From assembly GCF_963921235.1 (NCBI RefSeq), contig NC_086098.1:7750001-7814000 (forward strand): 64,000 nucleotides of DNA. The letters run 5' to 3'. A program made the translations under genes and the position numbers. Below the pieces are notes generated by a model. The model searched no databases. It was given only the letters and a program-made list of their open reading frames with translations, and was not told the origin of the DNA. Numbering within the stretch: position 1 is the first letter of the stretch; each line of letters opens with the position of its first letter. Positions 22,111 through 35,270 of this stretch are shown piece by piece. Source of the stretch: Mobula hypostoma. Lineage: Eukaryota.

Positions 22111-24531
22111 ATTCTCACTATCCACACGATCAATGCCTCTCATTATCTTGTACACCTTTATCAGGTCACCCCTCATCCTCTGTCACTCCAAGGAGAAAAG
22201 ACCGAGTTCACTCAACCTATTCTCATAAAGCATGCTCCTCAATCCAGGCAACATCCTTGTAAATCTCCTCTGCACCCTTTCTATGGTTTCCATGTCCTTC
22301 CTATAGTGAGGTGACCAGAACTGAGCACAGTACTCCAAGTGGGGTCTGACCGGGGTCCTATATAGCTGCAACATTACCTCTCAGCTCCTAAACTCAATCC
22401 TACGATTGATGAAGGCCAATGCACCGTATGCCTTCTTAACCACAGAGTCAACCTGCGCAGCAGCTTTGAGTGTCCTATGGACTCGGATCCCAAGATCCTT
22501 CTGATCCTCCACACTGCCGAGAGTCTTACCATTAATACTATGATCTGCCATCGTATTTGTCCTACCAAAATGAACCACCTCACACTTATCTGGGGTTGAA
22601 CTCCATCTGCCACTTCTCAGCCCGGTTTTGCATCCTATCAATGTCCCATTGTAACCTCTGACAGCCCTCCACACCATCCACAACACCCCCAACCTTTGTG
22701 TCATCAGCAAATTTACTAACCCATCCCTCCACTTCCTCATCCAGGTCATTTATAAAAATCACGAAGAGTAGGGGTCCCAGAACAGATCCCTGAGTCACAC
22801 CACTGATGACCAACCTCCATGCAGAATATGACCCGTCTACAACTACTCTTTGCCTTCTATGGGCAAGCCAGTCCAATAATAGAAGCCTCAACAAGAGAGT
22901 GTGTAATACTTGATCTCCTGTTAGGGAACGAGGCAGGGCAAGTGACAGAAGTTTGTGCAGGGAATGCTTTGCATCTAGTGATCACAATGCCATTAGTTTC
23001 AAGATAATTATGGAAAATGATTGGGTTGAGATTCTCAGTTGGAGAAAGGCCAATCTTGATGGTATCAGAAATTATCTGGCAAGTATGGATTGGGACAGGC
23101 TGTTTCTGGCAAATGTGTACTGGTAAGTGGGAGGCCTTCAAAAGTGAAATTTTCAGAGTACAAAGCTTGTATGTGCCTGTTGGGGAAAAAATGTAAAGAT
23201 GGCAGGTTTAGGGAACTGTGGTTTTCAAGACATATTGAGGCCCTGGTTAAGAAGATAACAGGCATAGGCAGGAAAGAAAAGATGAGGCACCTGACAGATA
23301 TAAGAAACGTACAAGAACACAAGAAATAATCAGGAGGGCTAAAAGAAGGCACAAGGTTTCTCTCGCAGACAAAGTCAAGGAAAATCCTAAGGGACTCTAC
23401 GGATATGTCAAGCGCAAAATGATTACAATTGGCCCTCTGGAAGACCAGAATGGTAATTCATGTGTGGATTCGAAAGAGATGGAGGAGATCTTAAGTGGAC
23501 TTTTTGCATCTTTGTTTACTCAGGAGACGGACAGAGAGCGTATAGAAGTGAGACAAAGCAGAAGCGAGGTCATGGGTCCTATACAGTATACAGAGGAAGA
23601 GGTGTTGGCTGCCTTGAGGCAAGTATCAAGGCATTCCCTTGGACCCAGTGGCTGGCAAGTGCAGGAATTTTGGGGAATATTTAAATCATCCTTAGCAACA
23701 GGTGAGGTACTGGAGGATTGGAGGATAGCAAATGTTGTTCTGCTGCTTATCACAAGATCACAAGACAAAGGAGCAGAGGTAGGCCATTCGGCCCATCGAG
23801 TCTGCTCCACAGCTTCCCCATGAGCTAAACTATTCACCCATCTAGTTCCAATTTCCGGCTTTTTCCCCATATCCCTTGATACCCTGACTAATTAGATACC
23901 TGTCAATCTCCTCCTTAAATACCCTCAATGATTGGGCCTCTACAGCTGTATGTGGCAACGAATTCCACAAATCCACGACCCTCTGGCTAAAAAAATTTCT
24001 CCTCATCTCTGTTTTAACTGGGTATCCTCTAATTCTAAGACTATGGCCTCTTGTCCTGGACTCGCCCTCCAAGGGAAACAACCTTTCCACATCTACTCTA
24101 TCCAACCCTTTCAGCATTCAAAATGTTTCTGTGATATCCCCTCTCATTCTTCTATATTCTAATGAATACAATCCAAGAGCCGACAGACGCTCCTCATATG
24201 TTAGCCCCTGCATTCCAGGAATCATCCTCGAAAACCTTCTCTGAACTCTCTCCAACATCAGTACATCTTTTCTAAGATAGGGTGCCCAAAACTGCACACA
24301 GTATTCCAAATGAGGTCTCACTAATGCCCCATAGAGCCTCATCAACAACTCCTTACTCTTATACACTGTTCCTCTTGAAATGAATGCCAACATAGCATTC
24401 GCTTTCCTTACCGCCGATCCAACTTGGTGGTTAACCTTTAGGGTATCCTGCATGAGGACCCCCAAGTCCCTTTGCACTTCCGATTTTTGAATTTTCTCCC
24501 CACCTAAATAATAATCTGCCCAATTATTTCT

Positions 24532-25440
24532 TAGAAACGTAGAAACATAGAAAATAGGTGCAGGAGTAGGCCATGTGGCCCTTCGAGCCTGCACCGCCAT
24601 TCAGTATGATCATGGCTGATCATCCAACTCAGAACCCCGTACCAGCCTTCCCTCCATACCCCCTGATCCCTTTAGCCACAAGGGCCATATCTAACTCCCT
24701 CTTAAATATAGCCAATGAACTGGCCTCAACTGTTTCCTGTGGCAGAGAATTCCACAGATTCACCACTCTCTGTGTGAAGAAGTTTTTCCTAATCTCGGTC
24801 CTAAAAGGTTTCCCCTTTATCCTCAGACTGTGACCCCTCATTCTGGACTTCCCCAACATCGGGAACAATCTTCCTGCATTTAGCCTGTCCAATCCCTTTA
24901 GGATTTTATACGTTTCAATAAGATCCCCCCTCAATCCTCTAAATTCCAACGAGTATAAGCCTAGTTCATCCAGTCTTTCATCATATGAAAGTCCTGCCAT
25001 CCCAGGAATCAATCTGGTGAACCTTCTTTATACTCCCTCTATGGCAAGGATGTCTTTCCTCAGATTAGGGGACCAAAACTGCACACAATACTCCAGATAT
25101 GGTCTCACCAAGGTTTTGTACAACTGTAGTAGTACCTCCCTGCTCCTGTACTCGAATCCTCTTGCTATAAATGCCAGCATACCATTCGCCTTTTTCACCA
25201 TCTGCTGTACCTGCATGCCCAATTTCAATTACTGGTGTATAATGACACCCAGGTCTCGTTGCACCTCCCCTTTTCCTAATCGGCCACCATTCAGATAATA
25301 ATCCATTTTCCTGTTTTTGCCACCAAAGTGGATAACCTCACATTTATCCACGTTAAATTGCATCTGCCATGAATTTGCCCACTCACCTAACCTAGCCAAG
25401 TCACCCTGCATCCTCTTAGCATCCTCCTCACAGCTAACAC
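24532..25440 (-). mobile_element. Young-family CR1 3' fragment (CATACTGAATGG subfamily)
   Basis: The reverse complement matches 6104-7019 with scattered substitutions. Confidence 0.92.
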
Positions 25441-25809
25441 TTCTTCCAAAATGTACAACCGTACATTTGTCAACGTTGTATCTCATCTGCCATTTCTTTG
25501 CCCACTCTCCTAAACTGACTAAGTCTCTCTGCAACCTTTCCATTTCTTCAACATTTCCTGCTCCTCCACCTATCTTGGTGTCATCCACAAACTTAGCCAC
25601 AAAACCATTTAATCCATAATCCAAATCATCGATATACATCATAAAAAGAAGCGGCCCCAACACCGACCCCTGCGGAACACCACTAGTAACCGGCAACCAA
25701 TCAGAATAGGATCCCTTTATTCCCACCCTTTGCTTTCTGCACCCATTTCAATATCTTTCCTACAATTCCATGGACTCTCATCTTATTAAGCAGCCTCATA
25801 TGCGGCACC

Positions 25810-27378
25810 TTATCGAAGGCCTTGAAAATCCAAATACACAACATCCATAGCCTCTCCCTTGTCAATCTTATTCGAGATTACCTCAATAAATTCCAATAGG
25901 TTGATGAGACAGGATCTTCCCTTCATGAAACCATGCTGGCTTCGGCCTATCTTGTCCTGCACCTCGAGGTATTTCATAACCTCATCCTTGATGATTGACT
26001 CCAATATCTTTCCAACTACCGATGTCAGACTAATTGGTCTGTAATTTTCTTTTTGCTGCCTCCTTCCTTTCTTAAATAACGGAACTACATTTGCGACCTT
26101 CCAGTCCTCTGGAACCATGCCAGAGTCTATTGATTCCTGGAAGATCATTTCCAATGCTTCCACAATCTCCAAAGCCACCTCCTTCAGAACCCTTGGGTGC
26201 ACCTCATCCAGACCAGGGGACTTATCTATTCTTAGTCCACTTAGCTTCCCAAGCACTTTCTCTCTAGTAATCTTGACTGTACCCAATTCTATTCCCAGAT
26301 ACCTCTGGCTATCAGGTATATTGCTCATGTCTTCCACTGTGAAGACTGATGCAAAATACTCAATCAGTTCCTCCGCCATCTCTTTGTTATCCATTATAAT
26401 TTCTCCAGCATCATTTTCAATTGGTCCCGTATCTACCCTTGTCACAATTTTACTCTTCATATATTTAAAAAAACTCTTAGAATCCTTTTTTATGCTAATC
26501 GCCAACTTCCTTTCATAATTCATCTTTTCTTTCCTAATGACTTTCTTAGTTTCTTTCTGTAAGTTTTTAAAAGTCTTCCAGTCCTCATTTTTCCCATTAA
26601 TTTTTGCTTCCTTGTACGCCGTTTCTTTTGCTTTTAATTTTGCCTTAACCTCTCTCGTTAGCCACATTTGTGCCATTTTTCCATTAGTGATTTTCTTTGT
26701 TCTTGGAATATATTTTTCCTGTATTTTCCTTATTTCTCGTAGGAATTTCAGCCAATTCTGCTCTGCCGTCCCTCCATTTAGTTTACTTTTCCAATCGACT
26801 TGGGCCAGTTCCTCTCTCATACCACTGTAATTTCCCCTGTTCCACTGAAATATCGATACACCTGATACCAGCTTCTCCTTTTCAAATTTGAAACTGAACT
26901 CAATCATATTATGATCACTACTTCCAAGGGGTTCCTTTACCTCCAGCTCCCTAATCGCCTCAGGTTCGTTACACAGCACCCAATCCAAAACAGCCGGTCC
27001 CCTGGTGGGCTTCTGGACAAGTTGCTCCAAAAAGCCATCCTGTAGGCATTCTACAAACTCCCTCTCCTGAGATCCATTACCTTTCTGACTTTCCCAATCC
27101 ACTTTCATATTAAAATCCCCCATAATTATCTTGACATTTTCCTTCTGAAACGCTTTTTCTATTTCCAGCTGCAACTTGTGGTCCACATCCCGGCTGCTGT
27201 TTGGAGGCCTGTATATAACTACTATTAGTGTCTTTTTACCCTTGCCATTTCTTAATTCTACCCATAAGGATTCTACCTCTTCTGATCCTATGTCCCTTCT
27301 TTCTATTGATTTGATATCGTTACTTACCATCAGGGCCACGCCACCCCCTTTACCTACCTTCCTATCTTTCCTATACAC
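25810..27378 (-). pseudogene. CR1 ORF2 fragment: APE endonuclease, linker and RT N-terminus (522 aa, then a frameshift)
   Basis: RKDR..GKGGGVAL, IYRPP, IMGDFN, SDHN, KSPGLD, NYRPISLTS, QHGF and YLDFQ motifs. Confidence 0.9.
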
Positions 27379-29427
27379 TGTGTATTATTGGATATTCATC
27401 CCCCAATCACATCCATCATTTAGCCATGACTCGATGATGGCCACAATGTCATATCTTTTAACCTGCAGCTGTGCAGCAGGGTCATCCACTTTATTTCTAA
27501 CGCTGCGTGCATTTAAGTACAGTACATTTAGATCAGTATCTTATGAAAGACTCTAGGAAAAAAACAGGAAATTATTGGCTGGTGAGGTAGACATTAGTAA
27601 TGGGAAAGTTATTGGAAGTCATTCTAACAGACCGGATATATGAGTATTTGGATAGATAGGGACAGATTAAGGATAGTCAGCATGGCTTTGTGTGTGGTAA
27701 GTCATGTCTAACTAATCTTATAGAGTTTTTCATGGATGTTGGTGAACACAAGGCAGTGGATGCTGTCTACATGGAGGTCAGGAAGGCATTTGACAAGGTC
27801 CCGTATGGGAGGTTGGTCAAGAAGGTTCAAACACTTGGCATCGAGATGAGGTAGTAAATTGGATTAGACATTAGCTTTATGAGAGAAGACAAAGAGTGGT
27901 AGTTGTCAGTTGCCTTTCTGACTGGAGGCCTATAACTAGTGGAGTTTCACAGTAAGTGCTGTTACTATCTTTATCAATGATCTGGATGATAATGTGGTTA
28001 ACTGGATCAGCAAATTTGCAGATGACACCAAGGTAGGGGGATTTAGTTGACAGTGAGGAAGTTATCAAAATTTACAGGGGGATATGGATCAGCTGGAAAA
28101 ATGGCAGATGGAATTTAATGCAGTCAAGTGTGAAGTGTTGCTCTTTAGAAAGACCATTCAGGATAGGTCTTACAGGGAATGGTAGGAGACCGAGGACTGT
28201 GGCAGAACAAATGGATCTGGGAATATAGGTGCATGATTCATTGAAATAAACATCACAGTTAGATAACATTATTAAAAATAGCTTTTGGCACATTGGCTTT
28301 TATAGGTCAAAGTATTGAGTACAGGAAATGGGATGTTATGTTGAAGTTGCATGAGACATTGGTGAGGCCTAATTTGGAGTATTGTATGCAGTTTTGATCA
28401 CTAACCTACAGAAAAGATGTAAATAATATTGAAAGAGTACAGAGGAAATATACAAGGAACGTGCCAGGACTGGGGGCCCTGAGTTATAGGCAAAGGTTGA
28501 ATAAGTTTGGACTTCATTCCCTGGAATGCAGAAGACTGAGGGGAGATTTGATTGAGGCATACAAAACAATGAAGGGTATAGATAGGGAAAGCAGGGTTTT
28601 TCCACTGAGGTTGGCTGAGACTACAACCAGAGGTCATGGGTTAAGGGTAAAAGGTGAAAGGTTTAAAGGGAAAATAAGGGGAAACGTCTTCACTCGTAGG
28701 TTCATGAGAATGTGAAATGAGCTGCCAGCACAAGTGGATGATGCAGCTTTGATTTTAAAGTTTTAGAGAAGTTTGGATAGGTACATGAATTGTAGGAGTA
28801 TGAACGGGTATGGTCCCGCAGGTCAATGGGAGTAGGCAGTTTAAATTGTTCAGCATGAACTAAATGGGTTGAAGGGACTATTTCTGTGCTGTACTTTTCT
28901 ATGACTCTATTCCAGGAATCACAGTGCTAAAATAAGAGGATTAGCCACTTAGGAGGGAGCTGAAAAAGCAAAGGATGCTTGTGAATAAATACATTTTAAA
29001 AATGCATAGTGAAATGAAAGAGTAGAAGGGTTTGTTATCAAAGGAAAGCACAATGAGGCTGGACACTGTACTGCCATATTGGCTGTTAGTTACGCAGCTG
29101 TACTTTACTGCATCAAATGGAAGGGCATGTTCTTTCATGGGTGTCCTCTGTAAAACCATCTATCTTCCCAACATCTGCTTTCCTAATCACAACCACTACA
29201 TCCTAGCCAGTATATCTGAACTGCAATCTTCTCTTTTTCCTGGGCTTTAATAAAGGTCAAATAAGGATGTCAGGACTGGCTCTCAGTGAGTGAAATGAAA
29301 GGGAGAAGGTTAGAATGAGTGAACAAATCAGAAAAATTAAAGCTGGGCTTTAGCAAAAGTCATACATTGATATTGAACACAGTAAAATGAGATGAGCCAT
29401 AGAGGAGGAAGTGGAAAGGGATTACTG

Positions 29428-29720
29428 ACATAGAACATAGACCTGTACAGCAAAGAAACAGGCGCTTTGGCCCACAACGTTGTGCCAACAAAACTGATCG
29501 CTTCTCCCTACACAATCTCTATGTCCTTCCATTTTCCTCACATTCATGTCCCTATGTAAACATCTTTTAAAAGTCCCAAACGTTTCTACCACCCTGGCCA
29601 GTGAGTTCCAGGCAGCCAACACACTCTGCGTAAAAACAACTTGCCCCTCGTGTCTCCTTGAAATACCCCACCCCCCCACCTTAAATGTATGCCCTCCGGT
29701 ATGAGACATTTCAACCCTTG
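29428..29720 (-). mobile_element. Old CR1 3' fragment
   Basis: GHTFKV and FTQSVLAAWNSL remnants, with a CATAGAA tail. Confidence 0.75.
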
Positions 29721-29721
29721 C

Positions 29722-29975
29722 TGTTAGCATAAAGCTTTACAGCAGAGTCGACCCAGGTTCAATTCTTGCCGCTGCTTGTTAGGAGGTTGTACATTCTCTG
29801 TGACTGCTTGGGTTTCCTCTGGGTTCTCTGGTTTCCTCTCAGTGTCCAAAGATGTACCAGTTATAGATTAATTGGTCATTGTAATTGTCTCATGATGAGG
29901 CCAGGATTAAATCAGGCGATTGCTGGATAGCACAGTTCAATGGACTGGAAGGGCCTATTCTGCGCTGTATCTCAA
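29722..29975 (+). mobile_element. V-domain tRNA-derived SINE
   Basis: B-box-like GGTTCAATTCT at 29756, followed by V-domain GGGTTTCCTCTGGGTTCTCTGGTTTCCTCTCAGTGTCCAAAGATG. Confidence 0.7.
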
Positions 29976-30012
29976 TTAATCAATTGATAAGCAAACAAAC
30001 AGGCAAATAAAT

Positions 30013-30824
30013 AAGCAACACACATCAAAGTTGCTGGTGAACGCAGCAGGCCAGGCAGCATCTGTAGGAAGAGGTACAGTCGACGTTTCAGGCCGAGACC
30101 CTTCGTCAGGACTAACTGAAGGAAGAGTGAGTAAGGGATTGGAAAGCTGGAGGGGGAGGGGGAGATGCAAAATGATAGGAGAAGACAGGAGGGGGAGGGA
30201 TGGAGCCAAGAGCTGGACAGGTGATTGGCAAAAGGGGATACGAGAGGATCATGGGACAGGAGGTCCGGGAAGAAAGACAGTGGGGGGGGGGTGACCCAGA
30301 GGATGGGCAAGAGGTATATTCAGAGGGACAGAGGGAGAAAAAGGAGAGTGAGAGAAAGAATGTGTGCATAAAAATGAGTAACAGATGGGGTACAAGGGGG
30401 AGGTGGGGCCTAGCGGAAGTTAGAGAAGTCAATGTTCATGCCATCAGGTTGGAGGCTACCCAGACGGAATATAAGGTGTTGTTCCTCCAACCTGAGTGTG
30501 GCTTCATCTTTACAGTAGAGGAGGCTGTGGATAGACATGTCAGAATGGGAATGGGATGTGGAATTAAAATGTGTGGCCACTGGGAGATCCTGCTTTCTCT
30601 GGCGGACAGAGCGTAGATGTTCAGCAAAGCGGTCTCCCAGCCTGCATCGGGTCTCACCAATATATAAAAGGCCACATTGGGAGCACCGGACGCAGTATAT
30701 CACCCCAGTCGACTCACAGGTGAAGTGATGCCTCACCTGGAAGGACTGTTTGGGGCCCTGAATGGTGGTAAGGGAGGAAGTGTAAGGGCATGTGTAGCAC
30801 TTGTTCCGCTTACACGGATAAGTG
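30013..30824 (-). mobile_element. Penelope-like element, second copy, with GIY-YIG endonuclease
   Basis: Near-identical to 15848-16665. Possible TSD AAATAAAT at 30005-30012 and 30830-30837. Confidence 0.92.
30078..30113 (-). ncRNA. Minimal type I hammerhead ribozyme motif
   Basis: Minus strand reads AGTC-CTGACGA-AGGGTCTCGGCCT-GAA-ACGT-C-GACT. Confidence 0.8.
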
Positions 30825-30839
30825 AATATAAATAAATTG

Positions 30840-31180
30840 GCATTGTCTTTCCACTCCATCCATACCTCTTGTAATCTTGTAAACCTCTGTCAGATCTCCC
30901 TTCAGTCTTTGCCACTCCAGGGTAAACAACCCAAGTTCATCCAACTTCGCGTTATAGTTCATGCCCTCTAATCCAGGCAGCATCCTGGTGACCCTCTTCT
31001 GCACCCTCTCCAAATCCTAAAGATCATCCGTACAATGGGGTGACCCAAACTGAATGCAATACTCCAGATACAGCCTAACCAGATTTTTGTAAAGCTGCAA
31101 CATCACTTCCTACCTTTGAGCTCAATGATTAAAGGCAAGCATATCATATGCCTCCTTAACCACCCTATCAACCTGTGATA
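30840..31180 (-). mobile_element. Old CR1 fragment
   Basis: Encodes ERVQKRVTRMLPGLEG...LGLFTLE...GDLTEVYKI. Confidence 0.8.
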
Positions 31181-31719
31181 CCTGCAGGCAAAAATGATAA
31201 AATTTACTCTGTGCAACAAATTTACAGATCATATGCAAGCACTTTGATGCTACTAAATAGCATGAGGTAAACTTTAAACAGTCACGCCATTCACTCTTAA
31301 TGCCACCTGGCATCATCTGTAACCATGGTAATCACAACAATCAACTGAGCAGCTCTATGGCACTCCAAAGGAGGAAAAGCTAATCTACCAGAACAAAAAT
31401 TGCTTCATCAAAATATGCAGCAATTTTCATCTTAGAGCAATACTAATTAGTTTTAGTATTCAAGCTTATATCAGTTAATTTAACAGGCATCATGAAATAA
31501 ATCCATTGCCTTCTGGTTTACATCACATATCGGTCTCTCTCTCTCTCACTTGCTGCTCCCTGAGGATGGTGCTGGAGTCCTGGGCCTTGGGCAAGGTTTA
31601 GTCAACACATTTAGTGGATTGGAACAGGATCCAGAGTGTTTCTTTGTTTTGTGGCTGTCTGTGGGAAGACAAATCTCAGGGCTCTATGCTGCATACGTAC
31701 TTTGCTAATTAAATCTTTG

Positions 31720-31998
31720 AAGTCTCTAGAGTTTGCAGAGAATGTTGTTGCAAAAAACAAAAAAAAAATCCAGGGAGTGGCAGTTATGTGGGTGAAAATG
31801 CCTTGTTAATGAGAGAGGTGAGAGGAGAAAGGCCAGACTGGTTCAAGCTGACAGGAAGGTGACAGTAACTCAGAAAACCACACTTTACAACACTGGGGTG
31901 CAGAAGAGCGTCTCTAAATGCACACGGCATGTCAAACCTTGAAGTGGATAGTCTAGAGCAGCAGAAGATCACAAACATACACAGCGCCACTTTATAAT
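31720..31998 (+). mobile_element. Partial Tc1-derived element
   Basis: Matches 36200-36465. Confidence 0.75.
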
Positions 31999-32019
31999 GT
32001 GCAGGCGGTACCTTATAAA

Positions 32020-32505
32020 GACCATAAAAACTATAGGATATAGGAGCAGTATCAGACCATTTGGCCCTTCGAGTCTGTTCCGCCATTTCATCATGGCTGA
32101 TCGATTTTTTCCTCACAGCCCCAGTTTTCTGCCTTCTCCCTGTATCCCTTCATGCCCTAAACCAATCAAGACCCTATCAACCTCTGCCTTAAATATACAT
32201 AAAGACTTGGCTTCCACAGCTGCCTGTGGCAGAAATTCCACAGATTCACCACTCTCTGGATAAATAAATTCCTCCTCATCTCCATTCTAAAAGGACGCAC
32301 CCCTATTCTGACGCGTGTCCTCTGGTCCAAGACTCTCCCACCGTAGGAAACATCCTCTCCACATCCACTCTGTCAATGCCTTTCACCATTCAATAGGTTT
32401 CAATTCTTCTGAATTCCAGCGAATACAGGCCTAGAGCCATCAAACATTCTTCATATGACAAGCCATTCAATCCTGGAATCATTTCCGTGAGTTTCCTTTG
32501 AATCC
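32020..32505 (-). mobile_element. Old CR1 3' fragment
   Basis: Antisense 3'UTR hairpin and QRVVNLWN-type sequence. Similar to 39450-39860. Confidence 0.8.
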
Positions 32506-33684
32506 TCTAAAGTGACGGTGGAGTGTACCTTTATTTACTGAGTCATAAGAGGAGCTAGCTATTGCCATTGCAAAATCGTATTTGAAGCATTTAGTTCTTT
32601 TAGTTGCATTGTGTTGCAAATTGGTCTTTTTTAAGTGAGTGATTAAGTTCATGATATGCCACTCTGCAAGGATCTCATTATAGCGTTTCTATTCCATTCG
32701 TTAGCCACTGCCTTTCTTCCGCAGCTGGTGGCCTTTACCACATACACCTCATTTTCTGAAAAGTCTTATTAGAGACAAGGAAATTTACTGCAGCACCATT
32801 ACATTTTGATGGTGATTCTTACAGCGTTATTAATTTGCAGATACCCAAATGTGCGACATGTACCCTCTACCACTGCCAATTTACAAGAAGATCAGCTTAA
32901 TATTAAACAAAGCAATTGTGAAAGTAGTCTTTGTTAACTTGATCTCCTGAGGCACTGGCTGCATTACATAAATGTTCAATATGTTGGGTAAAGACATCAT
33001 AAATATCTTTGAAAATTCAGCCTGAGCAGCAAAGGAAAAACCCTTCATTGCAGCCACAATGATTTTTTCATTAAAATTATTGACACGCACAATCTCACTG
33101 TTAGATGAAGTTGGTTGATAAGAAACCAGAGTTTTCACAGTTTGAAATCATAATATTTTTTCTGTATCTCCAAAATCTTATTTTGAGCTGTTTTCAACAC
33201 AGAAGTACTAAGTTGCAACCGAGTAAAAATTGATTAAATGAATGAAGCCGTTTTGTTAGGAGCAGTGATTTGTAAAATAAATTTCAAAAATCATTGCTAT
33301 CTTATAACTAGTCAAGATCCAATTGAAAAGCTGAGCCTACATCAATAACTAGACAGGAGCAACTATCGTGTTATTAACTCCCATTCGCACCTCCCTTTGA
33401 TCTTCCTTTTTATTATGCTTACAGGAAACGTTTTGATCTCAAGTGCAGAAGTCCTCAGCTGGAGGGTTTAAGCCAGTAATCTGTCACATAGATAATAATG
33501 GCCGAATGACGACTACACCTTTGGAAAAGCTGTTGTGGATGGTTTGGGAGTTGTCAGCTGTTTCTGGGTTACTTTCACTTGACTGCTTTGCATATATACA
33601 GCTGGGGTGCCTAAGTCTTTCGTCCAGTACTGTAAACGTCAATGTCTGCCTCTAGTTCCCTCTTATTGAAGTGCATAACCACAC

Positions 33685-34290
33685 ACTCAAAGGTTTCAAA
33701 GGTGCATTTAATGTCAGAGAAATGTATCCAATATACATCCTGAAATGCTTTTGCTTCGCAACCATCTATCGAAAACAGAGGAGTGCCCCAAAGGAGGAAT
33801 GACAGTTAAATGTTATAACCCAAAGTCCCTCCAGATCCCCCCCCACGTGTAAGCGGCAAAAAAAGCATCAGCACCCCCCACTGAGCACTCAAGTGTGCAG
33901 CAAAGCATCAATAAAGACACAGACTTGCAGTACCCCAAAGACTACTTGTTCACCTGGTAATTTGACATACCACAGGCTCTTTCTCTTCCTAATAAGGGAA
34001 AAGGAGGTGTTTCTATTTCACAGTGAGAGCGGCGACATAACAAACAACTCGCTGATTTACGATGTTAAAAGTGCGTCTCTGGGCGCACAGCCAGCAGCCA
34101 GCTCGCTGCTTTTGATCTTCCGTCTCCCGCACCACCCCGATTTCCTGCAGAGGCACCGACCACGAGTCTGCCCGCTTTCCGAGCCACGAAATCCCGAAAC
34201 TCCGAAGGCCAGCTAATCTTCTAGGCTGCGTCCATGGCATATTGAATAATGACCAGTCGCGAGACTCCATTCTGTAATGATCAATGAACC
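33685..34290 (-). repeat. Unclassified interspersed repeat, related to 63350-63470
   Basis: Both locations share CAAAGGT...TTTAATGT..GAGAAATGTAT.CAATAT.CATCCTGAAATGCTT. Confidence 0.55.
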
Positions 34291-34439
34291 AATTGTTTAG
34301 AATCAGATGGCCTTGCCTGGTGTCTCAGGGCTGAATGTGTTTGCACCGAGGCTACCTCTCACCCCTGGCGCTCGTTCCCTGCCACACCTCTCCCACAGTG
34401 CTCCATCCTCATCATTCCCAATATTCTTTTCTCCCACCA

Positions 34440-34805
34440 GGGATTGGACAGGCTAGATGCAGGAAGATTGTTCCCGATGTTGGGGAAGTACAGAACGAGG
34501 GGTCACAGTTTGAGGATAAAGGGGAAGCCTTTTAGGACCGAGATGAGGAAAAACTTCTTCACACAGAGAGTGGTGAATCTGTGGAATTCTCTGCCACAGG
34601 AAACAGTTGAGGCCAGTTCATTGGCTGTATTTAAGAGGGAGTTAGATATGGCCCTTGTGGCTAAAGGGGTCAGGGGGTATGGAGGGAAGGCTGGTATAGG
34701 GTTCTGAGTTGGATGATCAGCCATGATCATACTGAATGGCAATGCAGGCTCGAAGGGCCGAATGGCCTACTCCTGCACCTATTTTCTATGTTTCTATGTT
34801 TCTAT
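34440..34805 (+). mobile_element. Young-family CR1 3' fragment
   Basis: Encodes LDRLDAGRLFPML...GYGGKAG, followed by the 3'UTR and (TTTCTATG)n tail. Confidence 0.92.
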
Positions 34806-34842
34806 ATTTACAAACTCACTGTTCGCTCCACATTGACAAATA

Positions 34843-34911
34843 CAGTACTGTGCAAAGGTCTTGGGCACCTTCACTTTATATATGTGTGCCTAAGATATGT
34901 GTACAGTACTG
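34843..34911. mobile_element. Tc1/mariner-type MITE of about 69 bp
   Basis: Imperfect terminal inverted repeats CAGTACTGTGCAAAGGTCTTGGGCAC and GTGCCTAAGATATGTGTACAGTACTG. TA on the left flank. Confidence 0.65.
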
Positions 34912-35056
34912 TCCATGCTCTGTGGAAACTGAATTAAAGACAGAAAATGCTGGAAATATTCAGCGGATCAAGCAATACCTGTTGATGATCTCCTGTTTAG
35001 AGTTTGGAGCGAAGGACTGGAGTCCTGGAGGCCGCTCGTCCTGGGATTGAAGGCCT

Positions 35057-35270
<214 letters not shown>

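Larger units (their letters stand above)
19773..22877 (-). mobile_element. CR1 of a second family, inserted in the old CR1 and itself split by a young CR1
   Basis: (TAGAAACA)n antisense tail at 19773. RT motifs at 22183-22875 (QGSVLGP, FADDTK). TAATAGAA is present at both junctions, 19770-19777 and 22877-22884. Confidence 0.88.
23751..27539 (-). mobile_element. CR1 of a third family (endonuclease plus RT), split by a young CR1 at 24532-25440
   Basis: TSD CTTAT at 23746-23750 and 27540-27544. (ATCTTGTG)n tail. Contains ORFs 25810-27378, 24118-24530 and 23842-24117. Confidence 0.92.
19560..28910 (+). mobile_element. Old CR1 acting as host of the nested stack; pieces at about 19560-19772, 22878-23750 and 27545-28910
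   Basis: Colinear degenerate ORF2: GDFNFP endonuclease motif, then TRECVILDLLLGNE, then DWRIANVV, then QHGF, KAFDKVP, FADDTK and the 3' tail. Confidence 0.85.

Noticed and set aside
29722..29800. tRNA gene
   Set aside because: Only degenerate A and B boxes of a SINE head are present, with no cloverleaf.
32881..33138. 85-aa minus-strand ORF
   Set aside because: It has no recognisable domain, and the region looks non-coding.
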